From Gammaproteobacteria bacterium (GTDB taxonomy: Bacteria > Pseudomonadota > Gammaproteobacteria > Pseudomonadales > Pseudohongiellaceae): a DNA stretch of 47,661 bases. The notes beneath the pieces were generated by a model. That model saw only the letters and a program-made list of their open reading frames with translations. It was not told the DNA's origin and ran no database searches. The stretch covers positions 1 through 47,661 of the forward strand of contig PAEL01000017.1 in NCBI GenBank assembly GCA_002700775.1. The letters run 5' to 3'. How positions within the stretch are numbered: the first letter of the stretch is position 1; the number at the start of each line of letters is the position of its first letter. The position numbers were made by a program, and so were the translations under genes. This document shows, one piece after another, positions 9,411 through 17,839 of the stretch.

Positions 9411-10432
9411 CCTGCAGATTCCCGCAACACTTTCAGAATATCGCCAATCAGCGATGGCCCTCGATAAACAAAGCCAGAATAAATTTGCAGGAGATCTGCG
9501 CCTGCAGCTATTCGCTCCCTAGCATCATCAGCATTCATAATTCCACCTACACCGATAAGAGACACTTTTTCTCCTGTAATTCTTTTAATTTCTCTCAGCA
9601 TTGAACACGCTGGTATCGTCAGAGGCGCACCACTCAACCCGCCAGCCTCAGTTGAAAACCTAGCACCTTGAATAGCACTCTTATCGAGGGTTGTATTGGT
9701 CGCAATAATTCCATCGATATCGTGCTTAAGGATATTCTCACAGCACATCCCCAATTCTGTTGGAGTCAGATCAGGCGCAAGCTTTACAGCGAGTGGAACA
9801 TACTTACCATCCGACGCAAGCGCTAATTGTTGGTTTTTAAGCTTCTCTAGAAGATTAGCTAGCTGATCGCCATATTGTAACTCTCTGAGCCCGGGCGTAT
9901 TCGGAGAGGAAATATTAACACTTATATAATCTGCAGATGAGTAACCTAATTTCAAACAATGCAAATAGTCCTCGACGGCCTTTTCAATCGGCGTTGCTAA
10001 ATTTTTCCCTATGTTCAATCCAATAATCGGGCTTTCCTTGCATGCTGCAATTCTCTCCAGCGCATGATTGATCCCCTTATTGTTAAACCCCATTCTATTG
10101 AGGATTGCATCATGGCCTGGCACCCTAAACATCCTAGGATGAGGGTTACCCGGCTGTGCTCTTGGCGTCAAAGTCCCGATTTCTACAAAAGAAAAACCGA
10201 GAGCACTTAATCCATCGATAAAATCACCGCTCTTATCAAGTCCTGCGGCCAACCCCACTGGGTGCGAAAACTTTAAACCCATTGCCTCAACTGGCTTGCC
10301 CTCTCGACCCGTCTTCGACCCCCACCCCAACAGACCGAGCCTATAAGCGAGAGCAATTGTCCACAAACTAATATCATGAGCATTTTCAGCAGAAAGGCTG
10401 AAAAGGAATCTTCTTAGGGTTGAATAAAGCAT
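9407..10432 (-). CDS. pyrD: dihydroorotate dehydrogenase (quinone), class 2
   Basis: Motifs GLAAGLDK, NRMGFNN, NISSPNTPGLR, ATNTT, GGLSG, GVGGI. The start at 10432 (MLYSTLRRFLF..AENAH) aligns with E. coli PyrD Met1 (MYYPFVRKALFQLDPERAH). The longest ORF extends to ATG 10453. Confidence 0.9.
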   Translation of the reverse strand: MLYSTLRRFLFSLSAENAHDISLWTIALAYRLGLLGWGSKTGREGKPVEAMGLKFSHPVGLAAGLDKSGDFIDGLSALGFSFVEIGTLTPRAQPGNPHPRMFRVPGHDAILNRMGFNNKGINHALERIAACKESPIIGLNIGKNLATPIEKAVEDYLHCLKLGYSSADYISVNISSPNTPGLRELQYGDQLANLLEKLKNQQLALASDGKYVPLAVKLAPDLTPTELGMCCENILKHDIDGIIATNTTLDKSAIQGARFSTEAGGLSGAPLTIPACSMLREIKRITGEKVSLIGVGGIMNADDARERIAAGADLLQIYSGFVYRGPSLIGDILKVLRESAG

Positions 10433-10450
10433 CGCATTCCACCAAATCTT

Positions 10451-10486
10451 CATTATAACGGATATTTAGTAATATTCGTTATAATG
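10451..10486. repeat. 36-nt near-perfect palindrome (15 Watson-Crick pairs plus one G-T, 4-nt centre) at the pyrD 5' end
   Basis: CATTATAACGGATATT-TAGT-AATATTCGTTATAATG. The arms were checked position by position. TATAAT reads outward on both strands. The left arm includes the upstream candidate ATG (10451-10453) of pyrD. Confidence 0.8.
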
Positions 10487-10700
10487 CCTACCTTAACAAA
10501 CTCTGCTGCAAAAAGTCAGACTCGGAAGCATTACCTAGACTTCTACTACCAAACAGTTAAACTTCGGTCTGTTCTTAAAATCGAATAGGTAAATATTATT
10601 TTCTAGTTTCGCGCAAAAACTCCTAACGTTACTGGTTATCCAAATAAGTCCAGTAAAGCATGCAATGGCGCATCCCTGAGCTTGCTCCAGTAAAATTCAC

Positions 10701-11675
10701 ATGAGAAGAAGCACTATGAGTCAAAGATCGATAGTAACAGAATTAAGAACGTGGCTAGGGCAGCAAATTATTGGGCAAGAAAGTCTTATAGACAGAATTT
10801 TAATCGCGCTCTTAGCCGATGGTCATCTCTTAGTCGAGGGTGCGCCGGGTTTAGCGAAGACCAAAGCTATCAAAGATTTATCCCGAGCCGTTGAGGGTGA
10901 CTTCCACCGAATTCAGTTCACACCTGATCTTTTACCTAGTGATATTACCGGTACGGAGGTCTATCGCCCTGAAGATGGGTCCTTCCGATTCCAAAAAGGT
11001 CCAATTTTTCATAACTTGGTTTTAGCTGATGAAATCAATCGAGCACCTGCTAAGGTGCAATCTGCACTTTTGGAAGCGATGGCCGAACGTCAGGTCAGTG
11101 TCGGGAGAGAGTCATTTACGCTGCCTCCCCTTTTTTTGGTAATGGCAACGCAAAACCCCATAGAGCAAGAGGGAACTTATCCCTTACCAGAGGCACAACT
11201 AGACCGATTCTTGATGCATGTCACCGTCGACTACCCTGCTATAGAAGCAGAACGATCAATTCTTCAGCTTGTAAGAGATGAAGCTGCAGACAAAAAGTCC
11301 GAAACGCCGAAAGAGCTCTCCCAAGATTCCTTATTCCAAGCAAGGCAAGAAATACTTGCTATGCATATGGCGCCAGAGGTGGAGGAGTATATCGTTCAAC
11401 TAATAATGGCAACAAGGAAACCTGAGCATTATGGTGACGACTTGAAGGGATGGCTTGAGTATGGAGCAAGCCCTCGCGGAACGATCTCATTGGATCGTTG
11501 TGCTCGGGCGCACGCTTGGATTCATGGCCGGGACTTTGTGAGCCCTGATGATATCCAAGAAATTATTTTTGATGTGCTCCGTCATAGAATATTACTCAGT
11601 TTTGAAGCTGAGGCGAGTGGTGTCACCCCCGATCAGGTAATTAATGAGATAAGAAAACGCGTGCCGTCTGCGTAA
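10701..11675 (+). CDS. MoxR-family AAA+ ATPase
   Basis: 324 aa. Walker A GAPGLAKT, Walker B LVLADEINRA, then ATQNPIEQEGTYPLPEAQLDRF, typical of MoxR/AAA_3. The start could instead be the ATG at 10716. Confidence 0.9.
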   Translation: MRRSTMSQRSIVTELRTWLGQQIIGQESLIDRILIALLADGHLLVEGAPGLAKTKAIKDLSRAVEGDFHRIQFTPDLLPSDITGTEVYRPEDGSFRFQKGPIFHNLVLADEINRAPAKVQSALLEAMAERQVSVGRESFTLPPLFLVMATQNPIEQEGTYPLPEAQLDRFLMHVTVDYPAIEAERSILQLVRDEAADKKSETPKELSQDSLFQARQEILAMHMAPEVEEYIVQLIMATRKPEHYGDDLKGWLEYGASPRGTISLDRCARAHAWIHGRDFVSPDDIQEIIFDVLRHRILLSFEAEASGVTPDQVINEIRKRVPSA

Positions 11676-11701
11676 AACGAAAAGAAATAGGACTTCTTCG
11701 C

Positions 11702-12676
11702 GTGATTACATCTAAAATTGAAAACAATGATGAACGCTTTCGACTGCGAGGAGCGATGATCTCGCTTAACCAGCTATTGATGCAGCGCCACGCAGCAAAG
11801 ACATTGGAATATCCAGCGAACGCCCGCTCAATCGCTGGTATCTCTGGAGCCCATCTATCTAAAATGAGAGGCAGAGGTATAGATTTTGAAGAATTTAGAC
11901 CATATCAATCTGGCGATGACATACGCCTAATCGATTGGAGAGTCACTGCCAGAACCGGCAGAGCCGTTACCAAGGTATTCCGAGAAGAAAGAGAGCGGCC
12001 TGTAATTATCGCGGTGGACCAAACCCATAACATGTACTTTGGAAGTCAAACAGCATTTAAATCAGTAATAGCCGCACAAGCAGCTGCTCTGCTGTGCTGG
12101 AGGGCGCTCGACAACGGGGATCGCGTCGGCGGTATGGTTTTCTCAGATACAGAATCAGCATTGATCCGTCCTCGGCGAAGCCGACTGTCAGCTCTCCATT
12201 TATTGAACAAAATAACTGATTATAATCAGAGAATTAAAGACTTTTCATCAAAGTCTGAATTAATAAGTTTCTCTGACCACTCATCGAGCCTGTCTTCCGC
12301 CTTGAGTGGGATTCGACGGATAACAAAACCCGGAAGCACGCTTTATGTCGTGTCTGATTTTGCCAACCTAGATGGAATAGCATTAGAGTATCTCAAGCAG
12401 CTTGCGCGAAACAACAATGTGGTTGCCGTGATGATTTACGACGCACTTGAACAAAACCTCCCTGTTCCAGGGATGTACGGAATCACGGACGGTGTTGTAA
12501 AGGGGTCGCTTAACACACACAACAAGCAAATTCGCGAGCGCTATAATTCTCAATTTGTTTTGAAAATGAATTCTCTTAAATCAAGTTTTGATGAAATGAA
12601 AATTCGGCTTTTGACGCTTCGAACCAATCAATTAGTTGTAGAGCAAGTACGGCAATGGATAGTCAAGAACTATTAA
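11702..12676 (+). CDS. DUF58 domain protein (VWA-like, MoxR partner)
   Basis: GTG start. Motif FEEFRPYQSGDDIRLIDWRVTARTG is typical of DUF58 proteins encoded after MoxR. Confidence 0.8.
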   Translation: MITSKIENNDERFRLRGAMISLNQLLMQRHAAKTLEYPANARSIAGISGAHLSKMRGRGIDFEEFRPYQSGDDIRLIDWRVTARTGRAVTKVFREERERPVIIAVDQTHNMYFGSQTAFKSVIAAQAAALLCWRALDNGDRVGGMVFSDTESALIRPRRSRLSALHLLNKITDYNQRIKDFSSKSELISFSDHSSSLSSALSGIRRITKPGSTLYVVSDFANLDGIALEYLKQLARNNNVVAVMIYDALEQNLPVPGMYGITDGVVKGSLNTHNKQIRERYNSQFVLKMNSLKSSFDEMKIRLLTLRTNQLVVEQVRQWIVKNY

Positions 12677-13212
12677 ACCAATTAGCGGACATTCGGCTCC
12701 CAAACGAAATCGGCCTTTGGCCCCCTGCACCCGGTTGGTGGGTTCTGCTCGTTATCCTCCTATTCGCCCTTTATGCTACTTTTAAAGCTTTCTCAAAACG
12801 AAGAGCCCTTCAATACTCTCTAAACGCCGCCATTGAGGAGCTTGGCATTTCTTATACAAATTGGTGTTCCGCACCCGCGGAGAATAAACCAAATGCATTG
12901 CTCGAGTATGTAAACACTAGTAATACAATTCTACGCAGAGTAGCCTTAGCACATTCATCAAACAGTCAAAACGTCGCATCTCTGACGGGCAAAAAGTGGA
13001 TAGCGTTTATTCGCTCGGAAGGAGACAGTGCGATGTTAACTGAGGAGATCGCTTCAGCGTTAAGTCAAGGTCGATTCCAACAAAGCTTGACTCTAGATAC
13101 AGAAGCATTGCACTCGTTTTGCTCTACTTGGGTAACATCGATGTATATGGCAAAAAAACAAAGCAAAAGCTCGCTCGAAGACTCGAGCATCAAACTTCCA
13201 AAGGATCAATAA
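12655..13212 (+). CDS. DUF4381 domain protein (single-pass membrane)
   Basis: N-terminal LPNEIGLWPPAPGWWVLLVILLF signature followed by one transmembrane helix. 22-nt overlap upstream, and TAATG coupling downstream. Confidence 0.7.
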   Translation: MDSQELLNQLADIRLPNEIGLWPPAPGWWVLLVILLFALYATFKAFSKRRALQYSLNAAIEELGISYTNWCSAPAENKPNALLEYVNTSNTILRRVALAHSSNSQNVASLTGKKWIAFIRSEGDSAMLTEEIASALSQGRFQQSLTLDTEALHSFCSTWVTSMYMAKKQSKSSLEDSSIKLPKDQ

Positions 13213-14270
13213 TGTTGGAATTTATTTGGCCGTGGGCTTTTGCCCTGCTGCCACTGCCGTATTTTATTAATCGACTTACACGCCCGGCACCACGCCAGGA
13301 CGCAGCTCTTTATGTCCCATTCTTTAAGACCTTGTCCAGCCTCGGCTCAGACAATGAAACTTTAATCAATAGTCGCATTCTCACCACCGTATGCTGTCTT
13401 CTGATATGGGTATTAATTGTTATCGCATCTTCTCGGCCGCAATGGTTAGGCGATCCTGTGCAACTCCCATCAACAGGACGCGACCTCATGCTCTCTGTCG
13501 ATATCTCGGGCTCAATGGAAGCCCAAGATATGGTCGTTGGGAATCGTCAGGTATCACGAATTGAGATAGTTAAGGCCGTTGTCGGGGATTTTGTGGAGCG
13601 CAGAGAGGGTGATCGTCTCGGCTTAATTCTGTTTGCAGCACATGCATACATTCAAGCCCCTTTAACATTTGATCGCGAAACCGTTGGAACCCTTCTTGCT
13701 GAAGCTGATATTGGCATCATTGAAGAATCTGCAACTGCCATCGGAGATGCTATCGGGCTAGGCATTATTCACTTAAGAAATAGACCTGAAAATAGCAGAG
13801 TTCTCATACTTTTGACTGATGGCGTTAATAATGCAGGTGCTATGTCACCCGAACAGGCCGGAAAGCTTGCAGAAATAGAGAGCATCAAAGTCTACACAAT
13901 CGGGATAGGAGCCGATCAGGTAGTGCAAAGAAGCTTTTTTGGCTCTAGAGCCATTAACCCATCTGCAGAACTCGACGAGGAGGTCCTCACTCAAATTGCC
14001 GAATCAACTGGTGGGAGGTATTTCCGTGCGAGAAATGTTAACGATTTGGTCTCTATTTACGAGGAACTCGATCGCCTGGAAACAATAGAGCAAGATGAAC
14101 AGACGTATCGCCCAACGAAAGTATTATTCTATTGGCCTCTTGGGGCGGCATTACTCATAAGCTTTTTTCTGACTCTAATGCAAACTCCGTGGAGAAGATT
14201 GCAGGGATCCAGCGGCCGGGTAACTCGCGACAGTATACAGGATTCAGTCGTTGCTGGAGATGTCGAGTAA
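13212..14270 (+). CDS. VWA domain membrane protein (BatA-like)
   Basis: Start at the internal ATG 13212 (MLEFIWPWAFALL), which overlaps the upstream stop (TAATG). Transmembrane helices, MIDAS motif DISGSM and LLTDGVNNAG, with a C-terminal transmembrane helix. Confidence 0.85.
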   Translation: MLEFIWPWAFALLPLPYFINRLTRPAPRQDAALYVPFFKTLSSLGSDNETLINSRILTTVCCLLIWVLIVIASSRPQWLGDPVQLPSTGRDLMLSVDISGSMEAQDMVVGNRQVSRIEIVKAVVGDFVERREGDRLGLILFAAHAYIQAPLTFDRETVGTLLAEADIGIIEESATAIGDAIGLGIIHLRNRPENSRVLILLTDGVNNAGAMSPEQAGKLAEIESIKVYTIGIGADQVVQRSFFGSRAINPSAELDEEVLTQIAESTGGRYFRARNVNDLVSIYEELDRLETIEQDEQTYRPTKVLFYWPLGAALLISFFLTLMQTPWRRLQGSSGRVTRDSIQDSVVAGDVE

Positions 14271-16057
14271 TGGAAAATTTTTTAAAAGATATCCTAATGC
14301 AAGATTTTCACTTCCTACGTCCTATGTGGCTACTTGCCACGTTTCCAATTTTGGTTTTTATAGCTGCTTTATGGCGCTTGAACAGCAGTACTACCGCGTG
14401 GGACAAAGCTATCGACAAAACTCTTCTGCCTTTTTTGATCGATAAGAAGAAGCATTCCTCTCAAAAGACCCCTCTCTTGCTTTTAACACTTGTTTGGCTA
14501 CTTTGCACATTAGCTCTCTCTGGCCCCGTCTGGGAAAAACTGCCGCAGCCAGTTCAACAAAGAGAAGATGCCTTAGTTATCGTCCTTGATTTATCACTTT
14601 CCATGTTTGCACCAGATCATGATCCAAGCCGACTCGATCTTGCCAAACGCAAATTGAGGGACATACTTGAATTACGTTCCGAGGGACAGACGGCATTGGT
14701 GGTATATGCTGGTGACGCCCATACCGTCACGCCACTTACTGACGATGTAGTGACCATAACAGCACTTGTACCTTCACTCTCTCCGAACATCATGCCCCTT
14801 TTTGGGAGCAATCCTGTCCTTGCGATAAATCAAGCTATTCAACTCTTAGATACAGCTGAGGCCCCTCGTGGCAAGATACTGTTGATGACCGACGGAATTA
14901 AAAGCGGGCGGGAGGAAAGCGCTATCGTAGGGTTGTTCGAAGACAATGACTACGAACTTTTAATTTTGGGTATTGGTACTGAAGCTGGAGCACCAATAAG
15001 AGTAAACGATGGTGGATATCTGACAGACAACTCCGGCCAAAGGGTTGTAGCAAAACTTGATAGAGAACCACTGATATCTGTCGTCGAACGGACTAGGGGC
15101 AAATACCATGACATTCAGTTAGCCGACTCCGATCTAGCCTATCTACTAACCGAGGCCATTAACATAGATGATGAAGAGCTCTCCGATTCTGAAGAGGAGT
15201 TCGATATTTGGTTCGAAACAGGCCCCTGGCTTTTGTTATTAATACTACCTATTACCGCAATGAGCTTTCGCCGTGGCTGGCTCTTTAATATAGCTTTTCT
15301 TGCTACTCTTCCATGCTTAACATTAACTTCTAAGCCGATTGAAGCCGCTGGATGGATTGATCTCTGGTTACGCGCAGATCAACAGGGTGCGAAAGCCTTT
15401 CAAAACAATGACCACACAGAAGCTTCTAACCTATTCAGTTCCCGCGATTGGGCCGGAGCAGCAGCGTACAGGGCTGGCGACTACGAAACAGCCGCAGCTG
15501 ATTTCGCAACCATTGAAACTCCCGATGGACATTATAATCGTGGAAATGCTCTAGCAGTGGCGGGCAACTATGAACAGGCGATCGCTGCCTATGAAATTAC
15601 GCTTAACGCGGAGCCAGAACACGAAGAAGCGCTGCAAAACAAAGCTATCGTCGAGCAGCTTCTCGAGCAAGAGAATCAAGAAAGTGCTGAACAAGATTCA
15701 GGCGAAAATGAAAATAGTGAGTCGCAACAAAATTCGGAAGATGAATCGGAGCAACAAGACGAAAACAGCGACCAACAAGACCAAGAGAGTCAAGAGGGAA
15801 ATCAAGATCAACAGCAACAAGAGCAGCAGAGTGAAGCCCCGGACGAACAGGAAGCCTCAGAGTCAAACAGCGAACAGAATACTCCCAGCGATACAACGAA
15901 CGAAGAATTTGAAGAACAACAGGCACTCGAGCAATGGCTTCGAAGAATTGACGACGATCCAGGGGAGTTGCTCAGACGCAAATTTCGATATCAATACCGC
16001 CAGAGGCAACTTAACGGAACCGCGAACAGCACTCAGGGAGGTGGACAAATATGGTAA
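14270..16057 (+). CDS. VWA + TPR fusion protein (BatB/BatC-like) with acidic low-complexity tail
   Basis: Start at ATG 14270 (MENFLKD..), overlapping the upstream stop (TAATG). N-terminal transmembrane helices, MIDAS motif DLSLSM, LMTDG, TPR-like segment (GDYETAAADF..GNYEQAIAAYE), an approximately 90-aa E/Q/D/S/N-rich stretch, and C-terminal LRRIDDDPGELLRRKF. Confidence 0.8.
   Translation: MENFLKDILMQDFHFLRPMWLLATFPILVFIAALWRLNSSTTAWDKAIDKTLLPFLIDKKKHSSQKTPLLLLTLVWLLCTLALSGPVWEKLPQPVQQREDALVIVLDLSLSMFAPDHDPSRLDLAKRKLRDILELRSEGQTALVVYAGDAHTVTPLTDDVVTITALVPSLSPNIMPLFGSNPVLAINQAIQLLDTAEAPRGKILLMTDGIKSGREESAIVGLFEDNDYELLILGIGTEAGAPIRVNDGGYLTDNSGQRVVAKLDREPLISVVERTRGKYHDIQLADSDLAYLLTEAINIDDEELSDSEEEFDIWFETGPWLLLLILPITAMSFRRGWLFNIAFLATLPCLTLTSKPIEAAGWIDLWLRADQQGAKAFQNNDHTEASNLFSSRDWAGAAAYRAGDYETAAADFATIETPDGHYNRGNALAVAGNYEQAIAAYEITLNAEPEHEEALQNKAIVEQLLEQENQESAEQDSGENENSESQQNSEDESEQQDENSDQQDQESQEGNQDQQQQEQQSEAPDEQEASESNSEQNTPSDTTNEEFEEQQALEQWLRRIDDDPGELLRRKFRYQYRQRQLNGTANSTQGGGQIW
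15653..15922 (+). other. acidic low-complexity coding segment (E/Q/D/S/N-rich) inside the BatB/C-like gene
   Basis: Translation EQLLEQENQESAEQDSGENENSESQQNSEDESEQQDENSDQQDQESQEGNQDQQQQEQQSEAPDEQEASESNSEQ.. from GAA/CAA/GA[CT]-rich DNA. The same stretch produces a spurious K/R-rich ORF in another frame. Confidence 0.85.
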
Positions 16058-17829
16058 CTTACATAAAGCCATGGTTTTTTTTAAGCTCCCTTTTGATCTC
16101 ATTACTAGCAACGACTTCAAAAGCACAGGAAATCACGCTAACTCTGGATAGAAGTGAGCTCGCACGCGGCGAAACACTTACCCTTACCATTCGAGTCTAT
16201 GATCAGAGACAGGGAATGCAACTTGATTTAACGCCGCTGACAGAAAATTTCGATGTCCTTGGTACGAGGACATCAAGTCAGGTGAGAAGCATAAATGGTA
16301 ACACCGATATCTGGACAGATTATATTATTACCCTATTCCCCTTAACCGAGGGAAGCTTGAGTATTCCCTCGTTAACCATCTACGGTCAGCAAACAGATGA
16401 ACTTGAAGTGACTGTGACAAATCAGGGGGCTCGATCCAATCAAGAAACTGATGAATTATTTCTGGAAATCGAGGTTAATAAAGATTCTTTATACGTCCAG
16501 GAGCAACTGCTATTTTCGATTAGACTTTTTTACACAATTAACGGGATTCGAAATCCAGTTTTTACTGAAATAGACATTCCGGATACAGTCACCCAACTAA
16601 TCGGATCTCCAAATCAATATGAAAAAATTATAGACGGCCAACGTTATGGCGTTTACGAGAAGCGCTATGTTATTTTTCCTCAAAAAAGTGGTTCTCTCGA
16701 TATTCCTGATATCTTATTCAGAGGGGAAGTGACAGATGGTTCGAGCAGTTTCGTATTTAGAAATTTAAATACTCGACGAATAACTGCGTTTATCGAAGGC
16801 CGAACAATTGATGTCGTCGAGCGGCCGCCCAGCGCTGAAATGCTCCCGACATGGCTACCTGTGACAGATCTTGTTATGGAAGAATCGTTTAGTCGCCCCC
16901 TATCGGATCTTAAGGTTGGTGACAGCCTTGTGAGAACGATAAAGATGACAGCAAATGGTGTTGACGGTGCAGTGTTGCCTCCCTTTTCACCCTCCAACAT
17001 TCAAGGGTTTAATACTTATCCGGATCCCGCAAAAATCGAGCGCCGATTTGTCAATGGCAGCATCGTCGGGGAGCGAATCGAATCTAACACACTCGTTGTT
17101 TTAGAAGATGGCAACCTATCAATACCAGCTATAAAAATAGACTGGTGGAACGTAGAATCTGATCGACTAGATAGCACTATAATTCAGGAAACAATGCTGC
17201 GTATCATTCCTTTACAGGGGATAGCTCCGTCCGAACTTGCGGTCCCAAGCACAGAGTCGATTGAAGACCTTCTTGCGGCTCCGCCAGAAATCAGCCAAGA
17301 AATGGTAGATGAACAAGCCACAGGTCAATATTTAAATATTGAAGAGATCCTTGTCAGATACTCAATAATCATTGGATTCTTATTAATTTTTGTTACCTTG
17401 TTGCGTAATTTAATCATAAAAAACAGAAGCCATATCTTCGCTGGATATGCAGGATTGCGAAAAGAATTTAGGCTGACTCAATCACCTGAGAGAAACGAGC
17501 GAAACGCATATCGCGCATTAATGCGGGCTTTTCGCCACTCTGATACTCAAGAAATAAAAGCAACATTAATTCAGTGGGCAAATCACATCGTAGGAACTAT
17601 TGAAATAAATACCATTGAAGACCTATATCGGCAAAAAGAGTATCCTGAAATTTATGGACCACTACAGAACTTTCAAAGTGAGCTTTTTTCTGAGAAACCT
17701 AACTCAAAAAACCTTGAATTGAGCAACCTGCTTGCTGCTGTAAGAAAAATACGTAAAGTAAACAAAAAGAATAACGCCACCCACGAGCGCAAGAAGCGCT
17801 ACCACCTGCCGCCGCTCTACCCCATTTGA
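16051..17829 (+). CDS. BatD-like (oxygen-tolerance family) large secreted/membrane-anchored protein
   Basis: 592 aa. Start overlaps the upstream stop (ATGGTAA). Signal peptide, long beta-rich region, late transmembrane helix (YSIIIGFLLIFVTLL) and a C-terminal basic tail ending LPPLYPI. The position after the two VWA genes matches Bat operons. Confidence 0.7.
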   Translation: MVTYIKPWFFLSSLLISLLATTSKAQEITLTLDRSELARGETLTLTIRVYDQRQGMQLDLTPLTENFDVLGTRTSSQVRSINGNTDIWTDYIITLFPLTEGSLSIPSLTIYGQQTDELEVTVTNQGARSNQETDELFLEIEVNKDSLYVQEQLLFSIRLFYTINGIRNPVFTEIDIPDTVTQLIGSPNQYEKIIDGQRYGVYEKRYVIFPQKSGSLDIPDILFRGEVTDGSSSFVFRNLNTRRITAFIEGRTIDVVERPPSAEMLPTWLPVTDLVMEESFSRPLSDLKVGDSLVRTIKMTANGVDGAVLPPFSPSNIQGFNTYPDPAKIERRFVNGSIVGERIESNTLVVLEDGNLSIPAIKIDWWNVESDRLDSTIIQETMLRIIPLQGIAPSELAVPSTESIEDLLAAPPEISQEMVDEQATGQYLNIEEILVRYSIIIGFLLIFVTLLRNLIIKNRSHIFAGYAGLRKEFRLTQSPERNERNAYRALMRAFRHSDTQEIKATLIQWANHIVGTIEINTIEDLYRQKEYPEIYGPLQNFQSELFSEKPNSKNLELSNLLAAVRKIRKVNKKNNATHERKKRYHLPPLYPI

Positions 17830-17839
17830 GGCCAACTGC

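Noticed and set aside
13119-13211. Long N-terminal extensions given by the ORF track for the BatA-like (13119) and BatB/C-like (14132) genes
   Set aside because: The extensions overlap the preceding genes by 94 and 139 nt. Internal ATGs at 13212 and 14270 give TAATG stop/start coupling and begin exactly at the expected N-terminal transmembrane segments.
15570-16151. 193-aa K/R/N/S-rich ORF overlapping the 3' part of the BatB/C-like gene in another frame
   Set aside because: It is a frame-shifted shadow of the GAA/CAA-rich acidic low-complexity tract. It has no independent start context and an implausible composition, and the overlapping frame has clear VWA/TPR homology.
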